From a virus, in IMG/VR virus record IMGVR_UViG_3300021437_000011, positions 1 through 64,000 of that record: DNA of 64,000 nt; one strand, 5' to 3'. The notes below the pieces were generated by a model, which searched no databases, was not told where the DNA came from, and saw nothing but the letters and a program-made list of their open reading frames with translations. A program made the translations under genes and the position numbers. This document shows, one piece after another, positions 27,378 to 36,502 of this stretch (position 1 is its first letter; every line of letters begins with the position of its first letter).

Positions 27378-27413
27378 AAGCCTGGCGTCCTAAACCTTAT
27401 AGACGAATGGGGC
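27336..27413 (-). tRNA. tRNA-Glu(TTC)
   Basis: Cloverleaf GCCCCAT/ATGGGGC, anticodon arm CCAGG-CTTTCAA-CTTGG, GTTCGAGTC, encoded CCA. Confidence 0.9.
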
Positions 27414-27416
27414 GAG

Positions 27417-27501
27417 AACTGTCGCCTGGACTTGAACCAGGATGGGGCTTGCCCCTCGGGCGCGTTGGCCTCCCGTGCGTCTACCATTCCGCCACGACAG
27501 T
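27417..27501 (-). tRNA. tRNA-Leu-like with abnormal anticodon arm (possible pseudo-tRNA)
   Basis: ACTGTCG/CGACAGT acceptor, Leu-type D arm TGGCGGAATGGTAGACGC, long variable arm GGGGC-AA-GCCCC, T arm; anticodon stem 4 bp with 11-nt loop; no CCA. Confidence 0.7.
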
Positions 27502-27502
27502 A

Positions 27503-27578
<76 letters not shown>

Positions 27579-27705
27579 AAAGGTTATTTGAGCGAAAAGT
27601 ATTTATCAAAAACGCCAAAAATAAGGAAGATTGCCGTAAAAGCCAACGCCAGACGAAATCCCCATAATCCCCACCACATGATGTCATCGAGAAGACACAT
27701 TGTCC

Positions 27706-27996
27706 TTACGGCGCGAAGTGAATGTGGGTGACTAGGTATATAATCGCCGCTGCGATGACCATTTCTATACCCTTGCGCAGCGGCCCGCCAATCGTAGCGG
27801 CGATTGCCTCCAGGGACTCCACGACCCATAGTGTTTTGCTTACTCTCTCCATGAAAGACGCCGTCGAGGTCTTCATCTCGTCGACCTCTCGCTTTAACGA
27901 TAGCTGTTTTTCTTCCAACACCGCTATCCGCCCCATCAAACCCGTTAGCGAGGCGTCCTTTTTCCGCGATGGTCCGATCGGTGGCTCTGAAGTCAT
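27706..27996 (-). CDS. coiled-coil + C-terminal TM protein (lysis accessory/holin-like)
   Basis: RIAVLEEKQ coiled coil, C-terminal hydrophobic helix, downstream of the endolysin. Confidence 0.55.
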   Translation of the reverse strand: MTSEPPIGPSRKKDASLTGLMGRIAVLEEKQLSLKREVDEMKTSTASFMERVSKTLWVVESLEAIAATIGGPLRKGIEMVIAAAIIYLVTHIHFAP

Positions 27997-28041
27997 CAGA
28001 AGGCTGTTCGTCGAGATCTGACATTGACGTGGCGGTCTGCG

Positions 28042-29226
28042 TTAGTGTTTCACGAGCTGCGCCGTTACGGCGTTCGATCCGGCGATTGATCTGTGCAGCA
28101 GCCAGCCCATGCCGGCTGTCATCGCGCCAGAAAGCGCCGTCCAAATAACAGGGACGACATTCGCGGCGACGCCGTTGGCGGTGTCCACGGTCATGCCCAT
28201 GCGCACCATGATCGCCATGGCGATCATCCCCAACACGTATTTGCCAATGGCGGCGGCGTTGTCGACGAAAATGTTGGCGCTCGCTGGGTCTCCCGCCATG
28301 ACGCCTCCGGCTGGAACGGGCGAAGCTTGAGTGGCTGGGGCTTGATCCGGCGTCGGCGCGGAGGGAACCATGGCGGAAACCGCTTTGAGGTGAGCCTTCA
28401 GCTCGACTTCAGCGGTCTGCAGGGCGACGGCGAGCTTGCCTGGGTCCGTTGAGGCGATCGAAGAGGCGGTCTCCGGAAGCGCTTGCGATGACGTTTGAAG
28501 TGCGGTGGCCAGCGCGCCGACGGCGATTCCGAAGAGCGGGTTGCTCGATTCAAGGGCGGGGACAAGGAGCGGCGCAACAACTCTGGCGAGCCCAAGAAGC
28601 GGAGACAGGTCGGACATGGATTTCCCTTTTTCGATATGAGCAAGCGCTGGAGTAAGGGGGTGCGGGGGAACGACAACGCCGCAAAGCGCATGAGATTGAG
28701 CGCGAACGCCGTCTAAACGCTTTTGCCAGCCATGGCCGAACGTCGGCCATAGAGCCTCCCCCGTCTTGGAGTTCCTGGCGACATGCAGGAAGGCCAAGCG
28801 AAAATTCAACATCTCATCGATCAGGGGGGATGGAGACGCCCCTTTGGCGGCGGCTATGGTTTTTGGACCGCACGCCCCATCGACAGAGATAGCCTCATTC
28901 CCGCTTAATTGGTTGATCGCCTCTTGCAGCCAGCGGACCCCGCGGCGATCTCCAGAGTTAACATCTCCGTCAAATAAGCAATTGGCGACGCCTTGATCCA
29001 GATCTCCGCATCTTGTGGCGTCCCAATACTCTATCTTGTATATTTCCGTGGCCTCATCGTGTGAAATATTACGCACGGATTGGCGTGGGAGCCCTTTTCT
29101 GTCGCGGAATCGGTCGTATTCATCTTGAATCACGCCGAGGTTTGTTGCGCCTCCCGCGTCATGAGGATTATCCCCAAAGCCTCCTTCCCACTCCAGAAGA
29201 TGCTGTAAACTTATTTCAAAGCTCAT
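28042..29226 (-). CDS. GH108 endolysin with peptidoglycan-binding domain and hydrophobic holin-like C-terminal half
   Basis: EGG..D.P.D.GGATNLGV, IYK..YW, FD..VNSG, VDG.CGP.T, FGHGW..R; then hydrophobic helices. Confidence 0.88.
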   Translation of the reverse strand: MSFEISLQHLLEWEGGFGDNPHDAGGATNLGVIQDEYDRFRDRKGLPRQSVRNISHDEATEIYKIEYWDATRCGDLDQGVANCLFDGDVNSGDRRGVRWLQEAINQLSGNEAISVDGACGPKTIAAAKGASPSPLIDEMLNFRLAFLHVARNSKTGEALWPTFGHGWQKRLDGVRAQSHALCGVVVPPHPLTPALAHIEKGKSMSDLSPLLGLARVVAPLLVPALESSNPLFGIAVGALATALQTSSQALPETASSIASTDPGKLAVALQTAEVELKAHLKAVSAMVPSAPTPDQAPATQASPVPAGGVMAGDPASANIFVDNAAAIGKYVLGMIAMAIMVRMGMTVDTANGVAANVVPVIWTALSGAMTAGMGWLLHRSIAGSNAVTAQLVKH

Positions 29227-29376
29227 TTCTTTCCCAAACGAACAGTTTTCCGAACTTTATCTTTATAATAAAGGTCGGTAAAGGTCAAAATGCTTGAGTT
29301 TATAATTTGTCAATGATAATTTTCAAAAAAACCGCATACGTCTTGTAATGTTTCCTAAGCGGATTCTGTTCATGCA

Positions 29377-29850
29377 ATGGAGAGCGAGCGTATGGCAAGA
29401 AACCCAGTCTGTTTAGCGGATCGTGTTGAAATGTACGTTCAACACCAGGATTCTTCAGCGAATATCCTCTCCGCAACGGCTACGGCTGCGACGTCACTTA
29501 CAAGCTCAGATCAGACGAACACCGTCCAGAAGGGCGCTGTTTTCTATGTAACCGTGACTTCCCTGACAGTTAACAGCGCCACACTCGGGATTAACGTGAA
29601 CGGCAAGGATGCGGTGTCGGGCGCGTATTTCCCCGTGGGGCGCGTCTCCATCGATGGCGTCGTCGCCTCTGGGCTGTACACCGGCATCATCTATCCAGGG
29701 ATTGGAACGGCCGGCCTCCCAGCTAACGCCAACGCCGCGAATGGCGTCCTCCCCGCTACTTTTCAAGTCCAGGCGAGTCTCACAATCACGACCACCGCCA
29801 GCATGAGCGGAACGCTGGGCGTAAGGATGGGCATGTCTAAGATTTTGTAG
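29377..29850 (+). CDS. hypothetical beta-rich (virion-like) protein
   Basis: Ser/Thr/Ala-rich; first gene of the rightward late block. Confidence 0.55.
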   Translation: MESERMARNPVCLADRVEMYVQHQDSSANILSATATAATSLTSSDQTNTVQKGAVFYVTVTSLTVNSATLGINVNGKDAVSGAYFPVGRVSIDGVVASGLYTGIIYPGIGTAGLPANANAANGVLPATFQVQASLTITTTASMSGTLGVRMGMSKIL

Positions 29851-29858
29851 GGAACACA

Positions 29859-30026
29859 ATGACTAAGCAGACAAAAAAGGCCGCGAAGGTCGCAAAGGTC
29901 ATGCACGAATACAAGCATGGCGGGCTCCATAGCGGGTCAAAGCAGGGGCCAAAGGTCACGAGCAGGGAACAGGCGATCGCAATCGCGCTCAGCGAGGGGC
30001 GCAAAGCTGCGAAAGGCAAGAAATGA
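29859..30026 (+). CDS. DUF6496-like small basic protein
   Basis: 55 aa, not in the ORF track: KVAKVMHEYKHGGLHSGSKQGPKVTSREQAIAIALSE. Confidence 0.75.
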   Translation: MTKQTKKAAKVAKVMHEYKHGGLHSGSKQGPKVTSREQAIAIALSEGRKAAKGKK

Positions 30027-30202
30027 AAAGCCATGACAAGACGCACGCCTATCCAGGCGGCTACTCGCCCATTGCGGGTGAAGAGAATGTCCACGGGAAA
30101 CCAGGCATGAAGCAAGGGACAACGAAAGCCGTAAAGGCCAACAAGGCCGCCGAGAAGAAGGCCAGCGCGACGACGCCGAAACGCAAGGGCAGGGGGCGGT
30201 GA
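30023..30202 (+). CDS. small basic protein
   Basis: 59 aa, ATGA overlap, Lys-rich; not in the ORF track. Confidence 0.55.
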   Translation: MKSHDKTHAYPGGYSPIAGEENVHGKPGMKQGTTKAVKANKAAEKKASATTPKRKGRGR

Positions 30203-30321
30203 TGGCGAAAAAAGACCCAGAGTTCAAGGCTGTTCAGAAAAAGGGCTCTACCGACAAGGGCGTCAAGATCGCGCCAAAGGCCCCGAAGTCTCCGCCGAAG
30301 ACGCCGAAAGGCAAGTGCTGA
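30202..30321 (+). CDS. small basic protein
   Basis: 39 aa, TGATG overlap, Lys/Pro-rich; not in the ORF track. Confidence 0.5.
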   Translation: MAKKDPEFKAVQKKGSTDKGVKIAPKAPKSPPKTPKGKC

Positions 30322-30324
30322 CGC

Positions 30325-32976
30325 ATGACTTCGGTCAAAACCAAAACTGTATGGTCTCCCCAGCCTGGGCCTCAGACGACGCTTCTGAGATGCCCAGTAT
30401 TTGAAGTTTTGTATGGTGGCGCTCGTGGTGGGGGCAAAGCCGTTCTATATAAAGAACGGATTTTAACGCCATTTGGATGGAAGGACTTCCATGGTCTGGA
30501 AGTGGGGTCAAGCATATGTTCGACAGAAGGAACAGTCCAAAAGGTAATTGGGGTTTATCCACAAGGGAAACGCCCTGTATACAAACTAGTATGGAGCGAT
30601 GGTTCGGAGACAATCTGCGATGAGAACCATATCTGGCTCGCTTGGCTGAGCAATCAGTCCAGAAAAGCTGTGGGGTCTCGCTTGAGCGGAGAAGAGTCCG
30701 CCAAAAAATGGACAACAAAGCAGATCGCTGCCCATTACGAGAAGACGCAGAAGACTAGGCGGCGGATTGGCATTCCCATTATCAAGAAGCCAGTTGTCTT
30801 TACAGTTCAAGGTGAAGCTCAAGGCCCAGGGAAACACATATCGAGAGTCATACCTCCGTATGCGCTTGGCGTCCTTCTTGGCGACGGTTGTATAACAGGA
30901 AAGAGCGTTTCGTTCTGCAAACCTGACAGGGAAATCGCCGAAAAAGTACAAGATCAGATCTTCAAAGCATTTGGCGAGTCGGCTGTGTTGAGGGAGAGTA
31001 GGGACCTGACCCATACTCCAGTGTGGTTCATCCCCTCAAAAATAATGATTCCTCACCTTGAGGACCTGGGCCTCATGGGGCTCTACTCCTATGAAAAGTT
31101 CATTCCCCGTATTTACCTGTTCGCTCCGGAAGAAGACCGTTGGGAGCTTCTTCGCGGCCTCATGGACACTGATGGATGGGTCGAGGATGACGGAGATTGC
31201 TACTATTGCTCGACATCTGAGCAGCTCATAGAGGATGCGCGCCATCTCGCCAGATCAATGGGCGCTATTGTCACCCTCAGGGGAAAGACACCCCACTACA
31301 CCTATAAGGGCGGGCGTCGCGAAGGGCGTCCGGCGCAAACGATCCGCATCAAGATGCGCGATCCTGAGCGCATGTTTAGCCTCCCTCGTAAGGCCGATCG
31401 CTGCTGCGGAAAAATCCCGCAAAGCATGGCGATCTGGCTCGAAAGCATTGAACCAGCCGGTGAAGAGGAGACGGTTTGCATTGCTGTTTCTCACCCTAAC
31501 TCTTTGTATATCATAGATAATTTCATCGTCACTCACAACACCGACGCAATGCTCGGGGACTTTGTGAAGCACGCCGGGCAATACGGAGAAGATGCGATAG
31601 GGCTGTGTGTTAGACGCGAACGCACCCAGTTAAAGGAGATGATAGAGAGGTCGCGACAAATATATGGACCAATAGGAGCAAAATATTCAAGCCAAGATAA
31701 ACAGTGGAGATTTCCAGATGGCGCACGTTTAACTTTCGCTTATCTTGAAAACGACGCAGATGCTGAAGCATACCAAGGGTGGAATACAACTCGTGTCTAC
31801 GTAGAGGAAATGGGAAACTTTCCTCGTCCTGAGCCTATATTCAAACTCATGGCCACGCTTCGTTCTGGGAATCCCGACGTCAGAGTCGGTTTCCGCGCAA
31901 CCGCGAATCCAGGCGGGCCAGGTCATCTGTGGATTCGCGCGCGCTATATTGATCCAGCGCCCCGCGGTCTCAAAATCCTGACCGACAAGTTTATCAACCC
32001 CTTCACCAAGGAAGAGAAGGGTATCGAGAGAGTTTATATCCCTTCTAAAGTAACGGATAATCGTTTCTGCAACAATACCGATTACATTGCGCGCCTCCAG
32101 CTTGCCGCTGGGACGAAGCTCTTGCAGGCGTGGCTGCATGGCGACTGGGACTTGATTGAGGGGGCCTTCTTCTCCGAGTGGGACGATTCCAAGCACATCA
32201 TCAAGCCATTCGCGATCCCCACCAACTGGACGCGTTTCGTCTCGGCGGACTGGGGCTCGGCCGCGCCATTCTCAATCGGCTGGTGGGCGGTTGTTTCGGA
32301 CGACTACGAGGACATCTTCGGCCCCAGGGCTCATGATGACGGCCAAGCCGCATATGCAGGAGGGCTTCCGCGCGGCGCGATCGTCCGTTATCGGGAGTGG
32401 TATGGCTCGCCAAATCACAACAATGTTGGCCTGAAGCTTTACGCCGAACAGGTTGCGGCCGGAATTGTCGAGCGCGAGCGCGATGAGCCGCGCAATCACG
32501 GCGGCGCAGCACGAATCGCCTACCGCGTCATAGACCCCGACGCCTGCCGCGAAAAAGGGGGGCCTTCCATTGCTGAACGCATGAGCTGGGCGCCGCATCG
32601 TATTTTCTGGCGTCCGGCCGACAACGCCCGCGTCGGCCGACGCGGAGCAATGGGGGGATGGGACGCTGTTCGAGCTAGGCTCAAGGGCGAGGATGGCGTC
32701 CCCATGCTCTACATCTTCGACAATTGCATTGACCTCATCCGGTGTCTGCCGGTGGCGCAGCATGATCCAGACAATATGGAAGATATTGACGATTGCGAAG
32801 ATCACGCGATTGACGACCTGCGCTATGCGTGCATGAGCAGGCCATATGTCGCGACTGCTGATAAAGAGAAAAAAGACAAATACTTTACAATTGGTCCGGA
32901 AAGCAAAGTAACTCTTAATGATATACTTGAACAGTATGACCACAGGACGCCAAAATCATATGAAAGAATACGCTGA
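30325..32976 (+). CDS. terL: terminase large subunit, intein-containing
   Basis: PQPGPQ, YGGARGGGK|T, YQG...VEE, TANPGGPGH.W, DWG..APFS, EDHAIDDLRY. Confidence 0.95.
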   Translation: MTSVKTKTVWSPQPGPQTTLLRCPVFEVLYGGARGGGKAVLYKERILTPFGWKDFHGLEVGSSICSTEGTVQKVIGVYPQGKRPVYKLVWSDGSETICDENHIWLAWLSNQSRKAVGSRLSGEESAKKWTTKQIAAHYEKTQKTRRRIGIPIIKKPVVFTVQGEAQGPGKHISRVIPPYALGVLLGDGCITGKSVSFCKPDREIAEKVQDQIFKAFGESAVLRESRDLTHTPVWFIPSKIMIPHLEDLGLMGLYSYEKFIPRIYLFAPEEDRWELLRGLMDTDGWVEDDGDCYYCSTSEQLIEDARHLARSMGAIVTLRGKTPHYTYKGGRREGRPAQTIRIKMRDPERMFSLPRKADRCCGKIPQSMAIWLESIEPAGEEETVCIAVSHPNSLYIIDNFIVTHNTDAMLGDFVKHAGQYGEDAIGLCVRRERTQLKEMIERSRQIYGPIGAKYSSQDKQWRFPDGARLTFAYLENDADAEAYQGWNTTRVYVEEMGNFPRPEPIFKLMATLRSGNPDVRVGFRATANPGGPGHLWIRARYIDPAPRGLKILTDKFINPFTKEEKGIERVYIPSKVTDNRFCNNTDYIARLQLAAGTKLLQAWLHGDWDLIEGAFFSEWDDSKHIIKPFAIPTNWTRFVSADWGSAAPFSIGWWAVVSDDYEDIFGPRAHDDGQAAYAGGLPRGAIVRYREWYGSPNHNNVGLKLYAEQVAAGIVERERDEPRNHGGAARIAYRVIDPDACREKGGPSIAERMSWAPHRIFWRPADNARVGRRGAMGGWDAVRARLKGEDGVPMLYIFDNCIDLIRCLPVAQHDPDNMEDIDDCEDHAIDDLRYACMSRPYVATADKEKKDKYFTIGPESKVTLNDILEQYDHRTPKSYERIR
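30439..31539 (+). mobile_element. class 3 intein with LAGLIDADG homing endonuclease (367 aa)
   Basis: Starts with Ala after the Walker A Lys; block B ENHIW, LGVLLGDG, LRGLMDTDG, block F TVCIAV, end VTHN|T. Confidence 0.9.
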
Positions 32977-35696
32977 TGGTCATGACCTGTGAAGAGATAC
33001 TTGATGATTTTGATGTTTCGCGCAGGCTCGCGGCCTACTGGAAGTCTCAGATCCAGTCTGTCGACGAAGCCAATTCGCGCTGGCACAAGCGCGGCGACAA
33101 GATCATCAAGCGCTATAAAGACGAACGCGACCAAGCCGCAGAGGAAGGCAATCGCCGCCTCAACATGCTGTGGTCCAATGTGCAGATACTCCAGCCAGCC
33201 ATCTATGGACGTCGGCCACAGCCCATCGCCGAACGCCGGTTTCTGGACCCGGACCCGGTTGGCCGCCTGAGCGCCCAGATGATGGAGCGAGCCCTCAGAA
33301 ATGAGATAGAAGAGAACGGCTACCACGCAGCGATGAAACGCTCCGTTCAGGATTACCTGCTCCCAGGGCGGGGCCAATGCTGGATTCGCTATGAGCCTGA
33401 GATCGGCCCTGGCTTGTCTCTGACGCCGTCCTCTCCTCTCGACATGCGCGACGCTCAAGGAGTGATCGCCGAGGACGAAGGCGAAGGCGAGGAAGATGAA
33501 AAAACCGAAAAGCTCGAAGAGACCGGAGAGCAGATCTTATCGGAAAGTTGCCCTGTAGATTATGTCCAGTGGAAAGACTTCTACATGTTTCCTGCCCGAG
33601 CCAGGACATGGTCTGAAGTAACAGCTATCGCAAAGAAGGTATATCTATCAAAGACAGAGTGTATTGAAAGATTTGGAGAAAGTGTAGGCAAAGATATTAA
33701 GCCTGATGCTTCAATTTCTGTTGCTGAACGCCAAGAAAACCTTTCAATTACTACATTGCATGACCAGAATGAGCGCAAGAGGATCGTTCATGAGATTTGG
33801 AACAAGGCTGATCGGCGTGTTTACTGGGTTTCTACTGGTTATGATTACCTATGTGATCTTGTTGACGATCCTCTTGAATTAAGGGCGTTCTTTCCATGTC
33901 CTGAGCCATTAAGCGCAACTCTGACGAATGACAGTCTTATCCCTGTCCCTGACTACATCGAGTATCAGGATCAAGCGCTCCAAATTGATGAGCTTACACA
34001 ACGCATCGCCTTGTTAACGAAGGCGTGCAAGGTCGCAGGCGTTTATGACGCCGCGAATCGGCCCTTGAAGCGACTGCTCGATGAGAGCGTAGAGAATGAG
34101 CTGATCCCCGTTGATGACTGGGTGCGCTATGGGGATAAAGGCGGCGTCGCCGGCGCAATTTCCTTTTTGCCCTTAAAGGAGGTCATGGAGACGATCGATG
34201 TCCTGATGAGCGTAAAGGAGAAGATGCTCCAGGATCTTGACCGGGTGACGGGCATTTCTGACGTGCTACGCGGGACCACCGACGGCCGCGAGACTATGGG
34301 CGGAACGCGCCTTAAAACAAACAACGCAGGCACGCGCATTGATGAGCGGCGCAATGAAGTCGCCAGGTTCGCCCGCGACATCGTCCGGCTGATCGCCGAG
34401 GTCATCGGAAAACACTTTTCGGCGAAGAGCATTATTGAGATCTCCGGGGTTCTCTATGAAGAAGAGTTCTCTCCAATCCAGAAAATACAAGAGCTTATAT
34501 CCGAAATGGCGTCACAGGGCGGCCCTGGAGACGGGATGGTGGGGGGGCAGCCCCCCCAGTCGGCATTGCCGCCTCCAGGGGGCGCTCCCATCGCGCCCCC
34601 TGCGCCGGGCGCCGCTCCGCCATCAAGCCTAATGATGGCCGGAGCGCTCACGGGGCCAGGGGCTCCGGCCGCTCCGCCCCAAGCGCCCCAGCAACCCGCT
34701 CCGCCGTCTCCGCTCGCCGCGATCATGGAGCTGCAGCACCCCATTGAGGCGTTGCTATCCAGGTTGGGAAAGGCTCTTTCCCTGCTCCGGAGAGACATTC
34801 CGCGCGGCTACCGCATCGACATCGAAATCGACTCCACGATCTCTGGAGACGCGCAGGAGGAGCGCGCCGACTCCGTGGAGTTCCTTGGTTCCGTCACCAA
34901 ATTTATCGAGACCGCCGGCATGATCGGCGCGCAACAGCCGGCCATGATCCCGCTTCTTGGGAAAATGCTCCAGTTCGGGGTTCGCAAGTTCCGCACGGGG
35001 CGCGACCTGGAGAGCGCCATCGATGATTTCTGCGATCAGGCTGAGAAAAAAGCTAAGGCGTTGGCCGCCAACCCACAGGCAAAAGGCCCTAGCCCTGAAG
35101 AGCTGAAAATGCAGGCCGACGTGGCAAGGCATCAGGCTGAAATCGCCAAGAGTCAGTTGGAGGCCCAAGCCGCCGCCGCGAACGACCAGCGCGATCGCGA
35201 GAGGATGGCGATGGAGCATCAGGCGCGACTCCAACAGATGAAGATGGAAATGGAGCAAAAGCGCGAGGAGCATCAGATGCGCCTTCAGGAGATTCAGGCC
35301 GCAAAGATCGCCAAGGAAATTGCTCATCATCAAGACATTCAGCGCGCGGCCGATCCCACATCGCAAAACATTGAGGTGATCAAAGCGCATTCGACGGCGG
35401 CCAAGGCGCAGGCAGAAATTGCCAAGGCGCAGCTCGAAGCGCAGACGGCTGAGAAAACACATCATCTTGACCGCGAACGCGCTCAAGCCGAGCACGAGAA
35501 CCGTCTCCAGGAAATGCAGATGGCGCGTGAGCTCAAGCTGGCGGAGCACCAGGCCAAGCTCACTCATTTGCACCATGAGAGGTTGAGCGCGCATGAAGAT
35601 CACATGTTCAAGATCGATCACCTTGACCACCAGCGCGCGGTGTTGCGCGAGAAAGCCGCCGCCGACCGCCGAGCGGCTAAACAAACGGTGGCGTGA
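32976..35696 (+). CDS. portal protein with Pro-rich insert and long C-terminal coiled coil
   Basis: Follows terL; NMLWSN...P.IY, FFPCP.PL, P.PDY..YQ.Q. Confidence 0.88.
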   Translation: MVMTCEEILDDFDVSRRLAAYWKSQIQSVDEANSRWHKRGDKIIKRYKDERDQAAEEGNRRLNMLWSNVQILQPAIYGRRPQPIAERRFLDPDPVGRLSAQMMERALRNEIEENGYHAAMKRSVQDYLLPGRGQCWIRYEPEIGPGLSLTPSSPLDMRDAQGVIAEDEGEGEEDEKTEKLEETGEQILSESCPVDYVQWKDFYMFPARARTWSEVTAIAKKVYLSKTECIERFGESVGKDIKPDASISVAERQENLSITTLHDQNERKRIVHEIWNKADRRVYWVSTGYDYLCDLVDDPLELRAFFPCPEPLSATLTNDSLIPVPDYIEYQDQALQIDELTQRIALLTKACKVAGVYDAANRPLKRLLDESVENELIPVDDWVRYGDKGGVAGAISFLPLKEVMETIDVLMSVKEKMLQDLDRVTGISDVLRGTTDGRETMGGTRLKTNNAGTRIDERRNEVARFARDIVRLIAEVIGKHFSAKSIIEISGVLYEEEFSPIQKIQELISEMASQGGPGDGMVGGQPPQSALPPPGGAPIAPPAPGAAPPSSLMMAGALTGPGAPAAPPQAPQQPAPPSPLAAIMELQHPIEALLSRLGKALSLLRRDIPRGYRIDIEIDSTISGDAQEERADSVEFLGSVTKFIETAGMIGAQQPAMIPLLGKMLQFGVRKFRTGRDLESAIDDFCDQAEKKAKALAANPQAKGPSPEELKMQADVARHQAEIAKSQLEAQAAAANDQRDRERMAMEHQARLQQMKMEMEQKREEHQMRLQEIQAAKIAKEIAHHQDIQRAADPTSQNIEVIKAHSTAAKAQAEIAKAQLEAQTAEKTHHLDRERAQAEHENRLQEMQMARELKLAEHQAKLTHLHHERLSAHEDHMFKIDHLDHQRAVLREKAAADRRAAKQTVA

Positions 35697-36484
35697 TGCG
35701 GGTTGCTCTTTGGGCCGTCAACCTCGCGCCGGCCGTCCCAAGCTTGGCGGCGTGGCTCGAAATAGTCAGATCTCGCGTTGACGAAGCTGTACGGGTCGGC
35801 GCGGAAATTCTGATCATGCCCGAATATGCGTGCATGGCTTGGCTCGACCACAAACCGCGCGACTGCGACGCGTCGCATGAAATCGCATGGATGGGCGAGC
35901 AGGCTCCCAAGGTCATGGGAGAAATCAAGGACATGGCGGCGGCTCGGCGCATCGCAGTTTTGCCTGGGACGTGGCCTGCTCCTGGCCGCCATGAGGGGTG
36001 GGTCAACCGGGCCTGTCTGATGCTTCCCGATGGCCGGAGCCTGATTCAGGACAAGCTCCATCCCATTCCGACGGAGCGTGATCACGATGGCTGGATGATT
36101 GAGCCTGGAGAGGACTTCAACGTTATCACTTGGCGAGGAGTTCGCATCGCAATCATGATTTGCCATGACGTGCAATCAGTTGAGCTCGCGAAGCGCGCGG
36201 CGTTTATCGGAATAGACCTCGTGCTTGTCCCCACTATGACGGAGCACGAGAAGGGACTAATGGGCCACAAGGCGATATTCGCGGCGGCAAAAACTCATGC
36301 TGAAAAATATAAAAGATCGGTATGCGCCGTTGGGGCTATTGGGACTCAGGTATTGCTTGATCGCCATGAACCCAATATTGGCGGAGCTGCTGTATACAAA
36401 TGGAAAAGCGTTATCGCTAATATTGGCCCTTCATCAAATAGCGCTAACACATTCGGGCCTATGATTATAGGGAATATTTCATGA
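35693..36484 (+). CDS. carbon-nitrogen hydrolase (nitrilase family)
   Basis: Glu-Lys-Cys triad: MPEY, QDKLH, ICHD. Confidence 0.85.
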   Translation: MMRVALWAVNLAPAVPSLAAWLEIVRSRVDEAVRVGAEILIMPEYACMAWLDHKPRDCDASHEIAWMGEQAPKVMGEIKDMAAARRIAVLPGTWPAPGRHEGWVNRACLMLPDGRSLIQDKLHPIPTERDHDGWMIEPGEDFNVITWRGVRIAIMICHDVQSVELAKRAAFIGIDLVLVPTMTEHEKGLMGHKAIFAAAKTHAEKYKRSVCAVGAIGTQVLLDRHEPNIGGAAVYKWKSVIANIGPSSNSANTFGPMIIGNIS

Positions 36485-36502
36485 TAAATGCTTCGAAGCT
36501 GA

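Noticed and set aside
29227-29376. GcrA/CtrA-controlled divergent late promoter
   Set aside because: AT-rich and probably regulatory, but only one GANTC was noticed and no clear CtrA box; cannot be supported
34755-35684. 309-aa minus-strand ORF and similar long antisense ORFs (10285-11010, 45869-47107, 53018-53848)
   Set aside because: Shadows of GC-rich, low-complexity sense genes; no recognisable motifs
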